In this document: piece by piece, positions 24,803-38,400 of the stretch | Numbering within the stretch: position 1 is the first letter of the stretch | Layout of the letters: each line of letters starts with the position of its first letter | NCBI RefSeq assembly: GCF_004010195.1 | Contig: NC_057718.1 | Location: 83,588,624-83,652,623 of the forward strand | DNA length: 64,000 nt | Origin: Chiloscyllium plagiosum | Taxonomy: Eukaryota | Reading direction: 5' to 3' | Translations under genes and position numbers: made by a program | Notes under the pieces: model-generated | Told to the model about the DNA's origin: nothing | Seen by the model: only the letters and a program-made list of their open reading frames with translations | Database searches by the model: none

Positions 24803-26374
24803 CATCTTTACTATAACAGTTCATTCTCTGATGTTTGAGAAACACAATTAAATAAATTGATGTCATATTTTAGGATTTTATGTGACTGATTTACACTATC
24901 ATTTCACTTAGTGGCCTTACATGAGCTAAAACAATTTCAAATTATTTCTGAAGAAGTGCAGATGATTCAGAGTTCAATACAATTGACCCTGAATTGCCAT
25001 TTAGTTATTGAAATTAGAATTATGCCTCTATGGAAATTGTCAACAAAAATCAAGCTGGTGAAATAAGGCATAGAGTTAAGATATAATTGGGGGAAGATTG
25101 TCCAAGTCTTATCAGCAGTGGCCAAAGCTAATCCTTTAATCCTTGTCCACATCTCAGCCTTTACATGCGCTTAACATGATCTGGTAATGTTGAATGCTAA
25201 CATGCTGCCAGAAGTGCAAGGTATTCCATTCCTCACTATAGACTCCTCAACTTTAAATTTATGTTGTGCTTTTAAGTCTTACTCCAGAGGCCAGTGCTGT
25301 GTTGAGGGAATGCTGCTCTATCAAAGGTGCCATAGCTGAGTTGTGAAACTGAAATCCCACCTGCCCTCTAAGGAGGATGTAAAATATCCCACAATACTAG
25401 TCAACAAAAGTAAGTGTGTTGCCCAATCTCCAGGTCAGTAATCACTAGATTAGTTCCTGGGATGAAAGTGTTTTCCTTTGATTTGAGAGGCTGAGTAAAT
25501 TGAGCTGATATGTTATGGAGTTTAGAAGAATGAGGGATGATCACAATGAAAAATAGAAGGTTCTGAAGCAGCTTGTCAGAGTAGACACTGAGGTTGCTTC
25601 TGCCACCTGGAGAATGTAAAACATGAGGTGACAGTATTAAAGTAAGGGGGTGATCATTTAGGATTGAGATGTGGAGGAATTTCTTCTCACAATGGGTTGT
25701 GAATTTTTGGGATTTCCTGCTGGAGAAGTTTGTGAATGGTCCATCATTAAATATATTTGAAGCTGAGGTGATCAGAATTTGGTCACTCCAGGAACCAAGG
25801 AATGTGATGAACTGATGGAAATTCAACTGATGGTTGAGCCAGAGGACCCGCTGTGTTCTTCTTGAATGGCAGAGTAGTCTTTAGGGGTCACATGGTGTAC
25901 TCCTGCTCCTATTTCTTATGTCCTTGCGTATTTATCCCTCAACCTATATTCATCCCTCAACTAGCACCACAAATTGACAACAGCTTTTTCTGACACGAAT
26001 GTCTGCATTTCAAAAAGTACTTAAGGTTGTGAAGTCCCGAAACAACACAAACAAAACTTGCGTTCATACACCAGTTTTAACATACTAAATATCTAAGACT
26101 TCTGCATAAAACAATATTTAACACAAAGCAATGTAAGGAGATGTAGAACAGCTGTCTGAAAGATTGATCAAAATATTTGGATTCAAGAAGGAGAGATAAA
26201 AAGAAAAGCAGAGTTGTTTAAGGACACAGTTCCACAACTTAGAGCTTTGGCATTGGAAGCACAGCTACCACTAGTGGAGAGATGCCAAAGAATTTGAGGA
26301 ATGTAGCTGCATTGTAGGGTTGTGGAGCTGGAGGAGGTTACAAAGATAGAGAGAAGTAAACTGTGTCTCTCATT

Positions 26375-26783
26375 TAGAGGAGTCTTGTGTCCAGCATGGA
26401 CATTCCCGGGATGGCAGGACTATCATATATTGAAAGATTGGAGTGACTGGGCTTGTATACACTTGCATTTAGAAGGATGAGAGGGGATCTGATTGAGATG
26501 TATAAGATTATTAAAGGATTGGACACTCTGGAGGCATGTTTCCGCTGATGAGTGAGCCCAGAACCAGAGGACACAGTTTAAAAATAAGGGGTAGACCATT
26601 TAGAACAGAGTTGAGGAGAAACTTCTGCACCCAGAGAGTGGTGGATATATGAAAAGCTCTGCCCCAGAAAGGGATAAGGCAGGAATAGGATACTGATTGT
26701 GGATGATCAGCTATGATCATAATGAATGGGGTGCTGGCTTGAAGGGCCAAATGGCCTACTCCTGCACCTATTGTCTATTGTCC
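26375..26783 (+). mobile_element. CR1 LINE 3' fragment
   Basis: RRMRGDLIEMYKIIKGLD and FCTQRVV motifs; ATTGTCT tail. Confidence 0.85.
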
Positions 26784-26784
26784 T

Positions 26785-29700
26785 GATGCCATTTAATTCT
26801 TCCCACCAAGGTCCAGGAAGATCGGATTTAACTTGGTGCAGAACCTTCTCCCCAGTAGCAACTTTGGTGGAGCTATGCCATGAAGGGGTGTCCGATAATC
26901 AAACAGGAACCGGGACAGTTAGGTATCTAGTGAAGCTGTAGGCTGTTTCTTTAAGCCTGCCTTCACAGTTTGAATGGCTTTTTCCACCAGTCCATTGGAC
27001 GGTGGATGGTTTGGAGCTGTCCTTTTATGCCAAATGCCATTCAACTTTACGAAATACTAGAATTCCCTGCGGGTAAATGATATCTTGTTGTCTGTGACCA
27101 ACACTTTCAGGAGCCCATGTATTGCAAAATATTCTTGCAAGTTTTGTATCATTGTCCATGTGTTTGGCTATGTGCATCCAATGCTTTGAGTGGTCTCCAC
27201 AATGACTAAGAATATTGACCCCATGAAAGGATCTGCGTAGTTGCGGTGTAACTGAGTCCAGGATTTCCCCCACCATTCCCACAATTGTGGGGGAGCTGCT
27301 GGGGTGATTTTAGTCCTCATTGGCATTCTGGGCACTGCCCACAAATGTGGCTAGGTCTGCATCCTGTCCTGGCCACCAGACATAACTTCTCACCAACATT
27401 TTCATTTTTGAAACCCTTGGATGACCCTGGTAGAGTTCAACCAGTGTCTAGTGGTGACCTTTGCTCAGGACAATCGCCCTTGCTTCCTATAATAAAATGT
27501 CAGCCTCTGTGGTGATCTGGTCTGGCCTAGTCCAAAAAGGTTTCAGTTCTGACTGTGATGGCCCTTTTTTTTCTTCCATCACCACCAACTGTTTTAGTTT
27601 TGCTAGCACCAGATCTTTGTGTCCACAGTCTGATATTGTCAGCAGTGACTGGAAAGGTGTCCAGTAAGTTTAAAATCAGAAAGGACTCTTCCTGCAGTGG
27701 CTCCATTGGTGGAGTATCTTTCAGCAGGAGGCAGCTCAAGGCATCTGCATTTGCTACAAGTCCTCCTGGATGGTGTTCCAACTTGTAATTGTATGCACCA
27801 TTGAATTCGACCTGAAGCTAATGAGCGGCATGGTCTTGTCCTCTTTGAGCAGCCCTAGCAGATGTTTGTGGTCCGTTACTATTACAAATTTATGTCCGTA
27901 AAGGTATTGGTGGAACTTTTCTCACACCAAAGATGACCATCAAACATTCCTTCTCTATTGATATTTGCATCGGCCGAAGTCCGGGAAGCATACACTACTG
28001 GGCATTCCACTCCATTGGGCCATCTGTGAGCCAATGCTACCCCAATACCATACAGGGAGGAATCAATCATGCTTGGGATCAAAGTGTGCCAACTGATGAT
28101 GATGATGATAGCTGCTTCTTCACTTCCCTAGAGGCTCTTTTAGCTACGAGACCATTCCCAAGGCTAACCCTTTTTCAGTGGCAGATTTAAGGGTGCCAAG
28201 ATAGATGCCAGGTTATGTACGAACTTTACATAGTAATTCACCAACCTAAGGGAAGACTTAAGCTAAGACATGGGAAGTTGGGGCACATATCGATTGCCCG
28301 CAACAGTTCAGTCTTGTTGACTCTGTAGCCGAACATTCACTTGGAGTGCCTGGAACACACATTTTTCCCTTCTGAGGTATATGCCCACCATGGAAAAATG
28401 TGTAAGGACTATGTCCAAGTTCTCCAAGTGCTGTTTATTGGTCTTCCCTATTATTAGCATGTAACCCAGATAAATGGTCGGATTTCTCCAGTTTCCTCAT
28501 TTCCCCTCCCCCCAGTCCCAACCCTCAGTCCCAACCCTCAAACTCAGCACCACCTTCCTAACCTGCAATCTTCTTCCTGACCTTTTCCAGCAACACATTT
28601 TCAGCTCTGATCTCCAGCATCTGCAGTCCTCACTTTCTCCTAAATGGTCATCTGGGGTTGACTTTGTAAAATGTTCTCCGTTGTCTGCTGAAAGATGGCA
28701 CAGACTGATGATACCCCAACTGGCAGTTCTTGTATATTGGTACAAACCCTTATGAGTATTAACTGTAATATACTCCTGGGAATCCTCATCTAAGTGCAAT
28801 TGCAGGTACGCATGGCTCATGTCCAGTTTTGTGAAAGACAGCCTCCCCTTGCCAGCTTTGCATTTAAGTCCTCTATGTGACAGACTGGTTATTTATCCAG
28901 CTGCAAGAAGCAGTTTCCCAAACCTATCGGGCTTCACAATCAGTACATTCTGCAAACTGTACTGGTTTGATGATTCCTTTGTTTTTCAGCCTCTTGCTTT
29001 CTGCCTCTACTTCTGCATATAAGACAAATGGCACTGGGCAGACCTTGCAGAGTTGTGGAATTGCTTCCTGGTCAACATGCAAGGTGGCCTTGGCTCCTTT
29101 GATCGTCCTTGGACCTTTCTGAAAAACTTGCAGGTATTTAATTAGGGCTTCAGTCAGGCAACCACTTTCTAATTGAAATATGTTGAGCGAATCAATTTGA
29201 ATCTTCCTCAACTAATTTCACCCCATTAAGCTTGGGCCCGAGCCTTTTACTACAATCAGTGGTAACTGAACCAACTGTTCTCATGTGAGACTGGAACCGA
29301 AGTTGTAGCCTTAATCTGTAAAGATTCCCCAGTATAGGTTCTCAGTCATTCAGTCTATTAAGTTACACAAACTTAAGAATTGGAGTCCAGAGCGAATTTT
29401 GTTAAAGACAGGGTCTATAATCACTGATACAGCTGCATCGGTATCACCCTCCATTAGAACCAGGTGACCATTAACCAGACAGTTATATTGATTGGTTCTG
29501 ATTTGGATGTTGCTAAACAATCTAACTGTTCCAAAGCAGATGTAGATGAGTTTTACAGGATGTGCATTCTCCTGAATACTGGCCTATGAAGTTGCTGATT
29601 CAACTCAGGCCTATGGGACCTTTTTGCTGTCTCGAGTCCACACACTGGCAGCAACTACAATGGCTTGCAGGGCCAGTTCCTGAAGAAAATGTTAAGTATT

Positions 29701-30560
29701 TGGCCGAGGCTTGTCTTTGCTTTGGGATTTTGTTGTGAGCTGACCTAGAGTCCCTCTGTTCCGGATATGTCTTGAGTGAGGCTACGCAATTGCCTTAATT
29801 CCAGTGGTGTTCCCAAGCTCAGTCAGCTTGGCGAGAGTGTCCACTTCCATCTGAATCCCCTGCAACTCATATACTCCACTTGCCACAATTTCTAATGACA
29901 AAGTCAATTGTAGTGTATGTTTGAAGTCCAGTTGGACTTCAGCAAGTAGCATCTTTGCATGGTTACATCATTAATTCCTCATACTAAACGGTCTCTCAGC
30001 ATCTCACTAAGCGTTGAACCAAAGTCATGTGGCTCTGCCAGTCATCTTAACCTTGTAAATAATCCTGACATGGATTCCCCTGATTCTCAAACTGCTAAGT
30101 CAAACCGATAGTGTTTCAGAGGCTTGGGTTCATAATATTCTTTAACTAAATCCATCACCTCTTGAAAGGTTTTAGTATCTGGTGCCTTGGGAAATGTTAG
30201 ACTCCTAATAACCAAAACATTTGCGGGTCCACAAGCTGCCAGGATAACGTTGCTTTTCATCGTTCCCAATGTCATTGCCCAGAAAATATAATGCGTTCTT
30301 TCCACAAGTGGATCGAATGAGCCAAGCTTCCCAAATAATAGCATGATGCCAGAAATGCTTACCTGCCTCAGAGACAGCAGTTGCGAGCGAATGTCTTCAA
30401 ATGGATATTTTTTTCTCTCATCACCACTGTAATAGCTCCACAGAGGCCAGAATCCCATCACCAAGTCATCCTTTATTTACATGTGCATGGTATTTGACAC
30501 TGGTCCGGCTTCCTGAAAGCCAGCACTTAGAGTGAACAGAACCGTTGACAGTCCTGTTTA
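26785..30560 (-). mobile_element. Decayed Gypsy (Mag-like) LTR retrotransposon in intron 1: partial 5'LTR, PBS, gag, PR, RT, RH, IN
   Basis: gag MLLFGKLGSFDP..PKAPDTKTFQE; protease MEGDTDAAVSV; RT MSHAYLQL..ITVNTHKGLYQY; RNase H DSSLYGIGVAL..YASRT and ANADALS; integrase HPG..RSYVWWP. LTR ends ...TTACA at 30428. PBS TGGTGATGAG at 30417-30426 (decayed tRNA-Ser type). No 3'LTR seen. Confidence 0.9.
28480..28640 (+). mobile_element. PLE 3' fragment inserted in the Gypsy RT
   Basis: 9-bp TSD TAAATGGTC at 28471-28479 and 28641-28649; ends in the family-A terminus GCAGTCCTCACTTTCTCC. Confidence 0.8.
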
Positions 30561-31590
30561 TTTTTTTTCTTTTCTTTTTTTTAAATAAACAGAACCTCTG
30601 ACACTCCTGTTTTAATTTTCTGTTTTACCCCCACACTACCGCCTAACTGCGGTAGTGCTTATTTTTCCCCAGCACCCATGTTGTGTGTGTGTGTGTGTGT
30701 GCAGGTGTGAGACACAGTGAAAAACACAAGGTGCACAAATCTTTATTCAAATTTCCACCACCAGAAAGAAAGGAAACACCCGAGTGGCCAGTGACAGGCA
30801 GTGCCCTTCTCATCAAAGGGCAATGCTGTGAGATTAAACAGTGAAGGGGAGGGCAGGGATTAAATCAAAATAGAGTTGGAGGGAGAAATAATGCACTCCA
30901 CTCCCTGTGGCGCTCACCTCTCCCTGAACAACTCCAGGGTGTCAGTGGACACTGCATGCTCCTTTTCCAGAGACACCCAAGCTCTAACGTAACCACGGAA
31001 GAGGGGCAGGCAGTCAGCCCTAATGACCCCCTCCACGGCCCGCTGTCTGTTTATGGCCAGTTTGGCCAGGGCACTCCTGTCTATTTTTGGTTTTTTTCTG
31101 AACCTCTGACGCTCCTTTTTTTTTTCTTTTTTTTTCCATTTTTCTAACCCCACACTACCGCCTAACTGCGGTAGTGCTTATTTTTTCCCCAGCACCCATG
31201 TTGTGTGTGTGCAGGTGTGAGACACAGTGAGAGACACAAGGTGCACGAATCTTTATTCGGTTTCCACCACCAGGAAAATAGGAAACACCCGAGTGACCAG
31301 TGACAAGCACTGCCCTTCACATCAAAGGGCAATGCTGTGTGATCAAACAGTAATGCTGTGTGATCAAACAGTGAAGGGGAGGGCAGGGATTAAATCAAAA
31401 TAGAGTTGGAGGGGGAAATAATGCACCCCACTCCCTGCGGCACTCACCTCTCCCTGAACAACTCCAGGGTGTTGGTGGAGACCGCGTGCTCCTTCTCCAA
31501 GGACACTCGGGCTCTAACGTAACCACGGAAGAGGGGCAGGCAGTCGGCCCTAAAGACCCTCTCCACGGCCTGCTGCCCGGACCTGTTTAT
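30561..31590 (-). mobile_element. Two tandem 5'-truncated 3' ends of a Tx1-like non-LTR element
   Basis: Near-identical units at about 30627-31070 and 31146-31590. ORF2 C-terminus KLAINRQRAVEG..FRGYVRAWVSLE, AATAAA, 9-bp hairpin and A-rich tails. Confidence 0.8.
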
Positions 31591-31699
31591 GAATTTGAAC
31601 CCTTATTGCTTCTTTGAAAAACTGTTCAGAGTCAAATATGATACCAAGGCCATCAAAATTTGATTTAGTTGCCTGATATAATAATAGTTAGTAACTGGG

Positions 31700-32340
31700 A
31701 AACAGAGTTTGGGGTCTGGATTGAACACTGAGCTTTGGTCTTTCCAATATTTGGTTGCAGGTAATTCATGTTTGCCTGTTGCTGAATAGCTAACCAGCAG
31801 TCTCACAATTTCAAGGCAGTGGAAACATCAAGAATAGGTGAGGGTGTGGTAGAGCTGTGTGCTGTCAGTGTGGATGTGGAAAATTATGCTGGGTTTTTGG
31901 ATGATATAGATGAAAAAAAGGAGGTGGTCAAAGATATATCCTTGGGAGCTATCACAGGTAACAGTGTGGGAACAAGAACTGTAGTCTTTTTAGATGATAC
32001 TCTTAGAGATTTAGACAGATAAGATCCAAACCAGGAGAATACAGTCTGCCCAGAGGGTTGATGGTTGAGAGATGTTGGAGAAGGATTTGTTTTCAACCAT
32101 GTCAAAGGCTGCAGGTAGGTCAGGAAGGACATGAATAATCATTTCTCTTTGTCAGTCAGCTGTCAGGTAGGATGTAATTTGTGATTTTGTTAAGTGTTTT
32201 CAGCACCGTGGCAAGGATGGAAACTTGACTGAAGGGATTCCAAAATGTAGTCCAAAAAAGGCGGGCACAGATTTGAAAGACAACATGATCAAGACATTGG
32301 AGAGGCAGATGTGTTGGGGATAAGGTGGTAGTGGTATAAG
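31700..32340 (-). mobile_element. L2 LINE RT remnant
   Basis: Minus strand VLPDLPAAFDMV (LDLSAAFDTV-like) and SWFGSYLS. Confidence 0.65.
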
Positions 32341-32811
32341 GATTTTACAAGTGAATGTTCTTTCTTTCATTATTTTAAACATGTTATTCTCATAAACCCA
32401 TCAATGATCAAAGAATGAATGGCTTTTGATACATGCATTTATGTATGTTGAGCACATCTTACTTGGTTGCATGTGGGATTTCAATGTTTTAGTAGTGTGG
32501 TTTGCATTGAAATAACATCTTTTCATATCAAAATGCCCCATATGCAAAATATTATTGTTCTTTAGATAAACATGCAACCTTTAGACAAACATTTTGAACA
32601 CATCACAATCCTACAAACAATAGTTGAAAAAAACCGTCAATTTATTTCATGGTGTGAGTTGATGAGGAAAATATCAGCTAAGAGACACAAAAACCTTTCT
32701 GTTTCTTCAGTTCGTATTGTAGGCTCTAATATCCATATGACTATGGGATCAGATAGAACCTTTGTTTATTATCCCATCTAATCAGTGACACCTTCAACAA
32801 AAAAACAAATT

Positions 32812-33690
32812 TAAAAATTGCTGAGAAAAAACACATATTGCCAAAGTTTTTGCCTTGCACTCAGCAGAACATTTCACAAGAACACCAATTCAAGTGGAAA
32901 ATCAACATTTGGAAAGCTAAGGTATCTTAAAGGTTTGAATAACATGTGAAGCTAGCTGTCTCACACTGCTACTGTGCAATAGCAACACAAATGGTGTTTA
33001 TCACTAACAGGATGCTGCCAACAAGTCAAAAAGGTGTTCTATCAACAATGTGTAATGTGTTTTATGAATTACAGTGCCAGTGTGGTGCCAAGTACGTAGG
33101 TAATGCATTACAAAGATCAGATCATACCAAACAGTATATTCCTTCAGCTGTGCACAAAGTACTGCCCATACCAAACGAGTCCCAATTTGCAAAACTAGTA
33201 ACACAGTGTCCAATTTGGGTTTTGATTCTGAAGTTGGACATCTGCTGGATAATCATGAGCATGCATGCAATATACTGACAACTAATTTCGGATTGTCAAT
33301 CTGGCCTGTGGTGTGGTGCACTTGTATGAACTGGAGCCACATATATTAATACAAAGAGTCCTGTACATTGCAAGGAGAAAGAACATATACACATACATTG
33401 CACCTATTTCAATTCAACAGAATAGGTGAGAGCCATTCACTGGTTTGTTTCTCCAGGTGATGTCTTGACCAATTTGAGTCAAGTTTAAAATTTAAACAAA
33501 GCCTGGCAGCTAACTGTCAATCAGCATTAATGAATGTATTCTACATGGTAACACCCCTACCAACCAATCAGTCCTGTATGACATATATTGTAAATGTTGG
33601 ATTTCCACTTAAATCGGTATTTTTGTGAAATGTCCTGATGTGTTCAAGACAAAAAGCTTTGACAAAACGTATCTTTGTCAGTAATATTCA
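32812..33690 (+). mobile_element. Penelope-like element (family D): GIY-YIG remnant with inverted pLTR
   Basis: CNVFYELQCQCGAKYVG (GIY-YIG-like). 32812-32910 is an inverted copy of 33592-33690. Degenerate hammerhead GTC-CTGATGT-GTTCAAGAC-AAAA-AGCTTT-GAC. Confidence 0.75.
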
Positions 33691-34599
33691 ATTTCTGTAT
33701 TATCAAATGATTAATTTAAAAATATACATACTTTTATCATATTGTCATCACTAATAATATTGTTGAGCCAGTCCCTTACAATGTCTGGTAAATCACAATA
33801 GTTCCACATCCCATCACACCCATAAGTTGTGCAATCTACTGAGAAAATTGAGACGGATGAGGGAATAAAAATCTGGAGCATTCTTCCCTGATCTTATTAA
33901 GTGAACAAAATTGGCCCTAGAAACCACTTTGGTTATAATTAATATTATACTTTTGCTGCCTTATAGTAGATTTAGGCGAAGAAAAGTGGGAGGAGCTTGA
34001 TTAGAGCACAGTAGACCATGGACTGGGTGTGTCAAAAGGCCCGTGTTTTATATCCTATGTAGTCCTAAGTACATGTGATTTCTTGTTGCCTTGAGAATAT
34101 CTTGATCTGACTGAGTACCTTGTGAAGCCACTTTTAAAAATTTGTTTTTGATATAGGGGTCACTGACTCGGCCAGCCTTTATTGCCCATCCTAATTGCAC
34201 TTGAGAAGGTGGTAATGAGCTGCCTTCCTGACCAGCTGCAGTCCTTGAGGCATAGGGTCACCTACAGCACTGTTAACAAGGGAGTTCCCAAAGTTGGACT
34301 AGCAGTGAGGAAACGGTGAAATGTTTTCAAGTCAGAATGGAGATTTGGGGATCAGTAAGAGTCAGTCATTTTGGTGTAGGACTTGAGTTGCATTATATAA
34401 GACCATATGACTAGCTAATAGCTTTAAGCTGATTGATTTCTTTTGGTTCTGGATGTTAAAAATTGAATTCCAATTCTCAAAGCATTATGATGGATTTTGA
34501 ATATGCATAATATTGTGCTGAAGTGTCACTGTAGCTGAATTCCTTATATCCTGACTGGAAATTAATTGAATCCTTAGATTTATGTTAGACATAAGAGTG

Positions 34600-35047
34600 T
34601 ACCTCATGCGTCCTATCTGGATGCACCTCAGCAAAGTGTGGCAAGCCCAAAAGAAACTAAGAGAGTTGCGAAGACAAACCACCTCTCCCTCCATCCATTA
34701 ACTTCATCTATACTTCCCTCTGCATCTGGAAAGCAGCCAACGTCCCACCCCATTATACTCTCTTCCATCCTCTTCCATCGGGCAGAAGATATACAAGTTT
34801 GTATACATGTACGAACAGTTTCAAGAACAGTTTTTGCCCTGGTGTTATCAGACTTTTGAATGGACCTCTTTAATGTTAATGTTGATTTCTCTCTGCACCT
34901 TCTCAGCAGCTGTAACATTGTAGCCTGCATTCTGTTGCGTTACCCTGATGCACTCATATAATACAATCTGCCTGTAAAGCATTTAAGATAACACTTCTCA
35001 CTGTACCTCAGTACACGTGACAGTAATAAATCAAATCAAATCAAAAT
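34600..35047 (+). mobile_element. Rex1/Babar-like LINE 3' end
   Basis: GRRY..TCTNSFKNSFCP-type C-terminus; AATAAA plus (ATCAA)n tail. Confidence 0.65.
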
Positions 35048-35414
35048 CATGAGACAAGCCAATACAATAGTGATGTTGGCTTTTCATGTTGTGAATTTCA
35101 TAATAGGCTTTCAGAAAATGTATATTTACAATCTTCTGAAAACAAATTCCAGAACACAAATATTGAAGTGCTATTCTTTCAACGATTTACATCCTTTTAT
35201 CAAAATCATGCATTTTATACCAATGATCAAATATGAACATTATTTACATCAAGATATGGTTTTGGTGACCCTTAGTGTAGCTTATAGTTACTGCAAGTTC
35301 TGGTGTGTTTTTGTACTTTAAAGCTAGACTTTCTCATTTTGCTCTTTGTGTTGAGAGTAGGATTTGACTTTTGCGGTCTCCACTTCTCAGGTGATAATGA
35401 ATCATCTTTTATCT

Positions 35415-38400
35415 TCTTTTTTAAAAATATGCTTTATTCAGGATGTTTATAAAAATGGATTACTGACACTATACATCAAGTGTAAAACAAATCAGTTTCA
35501 TTCACGACCATTTGTTACTTCTAACAATTACAATTGCAGTCAATCATTTCTATGTTCATTATGTGTTAAACAAACAGCTCAAGAGTTTTTACAAAGCTTC
35601 TCGCCCCTTGAAGAACCTTGGACTGTGCTCTTTCTCTTTGTGATAGCTGCCCAAGGTTTAATATCTCCCTCAGCATGTAGTCTTGGACCTTAGAATGTGC
35701 CAATCTGCAACATACTGTCAAGGGCAACACTTTGCACAGGAAGATTAAGAAATCTTGGGTAGATCAAAGAGTGTTTGTCACTGAATTAATTGTTCTCCAG
35801 GTGTAGTTGATGAATGTCTTGGTGTGTATCTATGGGAACAGGCCATAGAGCTGCCATAGAACATAGATCAGTACAGCACAGGAGCAGGCCCTTCGCCCCA
35901 CCATGATTCTATTATAAGCTAATCCCATCTGCCTGAGCATGATCTGTACCTCTCTATTCTCTTTCTGTTCATGAATCTGTCTAAATGCCTCTTATACTTT
36001 GTAATCGTATCTGCTTTTACCATCTCCTATGGTGGCCCGCTCCAGACACTTACTACCCTCTGTCTAAAAAAAAGCATTCCTCACACATCTTCCTTAACCT
36101 TTCCCCTTTCACCTTAAATCTATGCCCCGTAATATTTGACATCCCCATCCTGGGAAAAAGACTATCCAACCTATTCATGTCTCTTATAATTTAAAGACTT
36201 CTACCAGGCTCCCCCCTCAGTCTCTGCGCTCTCATGAAAACAATCCAAGTTTGTCTGATCTCTCCTTAGAGTTGTCACATGATGAACATTGCCAAAGAAA
36301 AAAAAACACTGTATATTTTCTGAAAGCTCCTTTGCAAAGGCACATTTCACAAGCAGGTGGACAACTGTTTCTTCCCCTGCACGGCCATCTCAATGACAAT
36401 ATACGACAAGGGTGAAACTTGGGGTCTGGAGGAAAGATCTGGCAGGAAGGGCCTTCTGACCTGCAGCCATACTCTGTCTTGCTGCTTGTTTGAAAGGTTT
36501 GGTGATGAGACATTCTGCCAAATGAACTTGATGGTCTGTTCAGGGAGCCATTGAGCAAGATCAAATGTCTCCCTTCTCCAAGGACATTATGTGCTGACCA
36601 CTGTCTGATGAACTTGTGGTCAAAGGTGTTTGTTAAGATAGGCCTTTCCACCAGAAGAGATGGTGCAGCTTAGATTAGATTAGATTACTTACAGTGTGGA
36701 AACAGGCCCTTCGGCCCAACAAGTCCACACCGACCTGCCGAAGCGCAACCCACCCATACCCCTACATTTACCCCTTCACCTAACACTATGGGCAATTTAG
36801 CATGGCCAATCCACCTGACCTGCACATTTTTGGACTGTGGGAGGGAACCGGAGCACCCAGAGGAAACACACACAGACACGGGGAGAATGTGCAAACTCCA
36901 CACAGTCAGTCATCTGAGGTGGCAATTGAACCCAGGTCTCTGGCGCTGTGAGGCAGCAGTGCTAACCATTGTACCACCGTGCCACCCATAACCACTATGT
37001 CACCGTGCCACTTGATCCAATTGAATGGAGCATTCCCAGCAAATGTGCTCAGACCAGCCCTTCTCATCACTGGACACAGGCAGAACCTCAGTTCATAGTG
37101 ACACTTGGTGTTTGCAGACTTAAAGTCTATGTACAGCTTGATGCAGCTGCACACAAAGGTGGTCATCAAGATGAGGATGATACTGGATATGTACCTTCCC
37201 CCATTACCTAGGTGATTGTACATCATGTCCTTCTGAACCCAGTCCATTTTTGATCTCCAGATAAAGCAGAAGGTGATTTGACTGATTGCCATGAATCAGG
37301 AAAGAGGAATGAACCAGACTTGCAGCACATGCAGCAACACCAAGAGCACTTCACACCTAATGACCAGGAGTTTCCCTGCAGTGAAGAGAAGTTTTGTTTC
37401 CATTTGCCCAGATTTTGTTTTAATATGGCTACTCATCCCTACCAGGTTTTAGTACTCAACCCAGCCATTCAAAGCCATATCCCTAGCATCATCTTTAATT
37501 AATCTGACCAAAATGAGTTATGAAGAAGATTTGTATTGGACATGAAACACAAACTTTGCTTCTGTCTCTTTGACCAATGTCAAAAACACTATAAATATGT
37601 CTTCTACCACATCAATTTAATTAATTAACCCATTAGGATTTGCTTGTGTTGCCTTAGAAAGAGACTTATTTCTTGCTCTATGTGAGCTTTAGCTTGTGTT
37701 CACTTTATGTCATCCAATGTATGATATTTACACAGTACAATTCCCTGACAATCACAAATTCAGCTGATAAATAGTCCACATTATCACACCTACTTCTACT
37801 TTTGAAAAATGTCAGCTATTCTAGAGTTATTGTGACAATTCAGTCCATTACTGCTGAGTTGCAATGCTTGATGTAAACACGCACACATTTCTTTAGCAAA
37901 ACACAGAAACACATTAAAATCAGTGACCTTTCTAATCATTACATCAGCACAAGGCTTCATATGTTTTCTCCTCATTTCATTTAATTTCATTTGGCTATCC
38001 CAGCAAATTTTAGGTTAATATGTTCAGCCCTTTTCTTGTACATGAGAGTGATGATGCCTTTCCTTGTGCATTCCGGCATATTGCCACCAAAAAGCACATT
38101 CCATGCAGTAGGTCTTGGTTGATCTGATCCCAAAGAGTCAATTACAATTCACCAGTAAATCATCATTTCCGGGAGTTTTGTTTTGTCTCCAAAGAACTGG
38201 CAGATTTTGTTAGCTCATCAGAGATAGAGGCTATTCCAGCATCCCATATACTGTCATCTAAGACATCCGTGACAGAGGACAGGAAAGACTTAGAGGCCAT
38301 ACTGTCTGTGGCTTCACATCATACAAACCAGGATAAAAGGATTTGCTGAGCTTCGTATGTAAGCCTATGATAATGTTATTGAATCTCTTTCTCCTTAATG

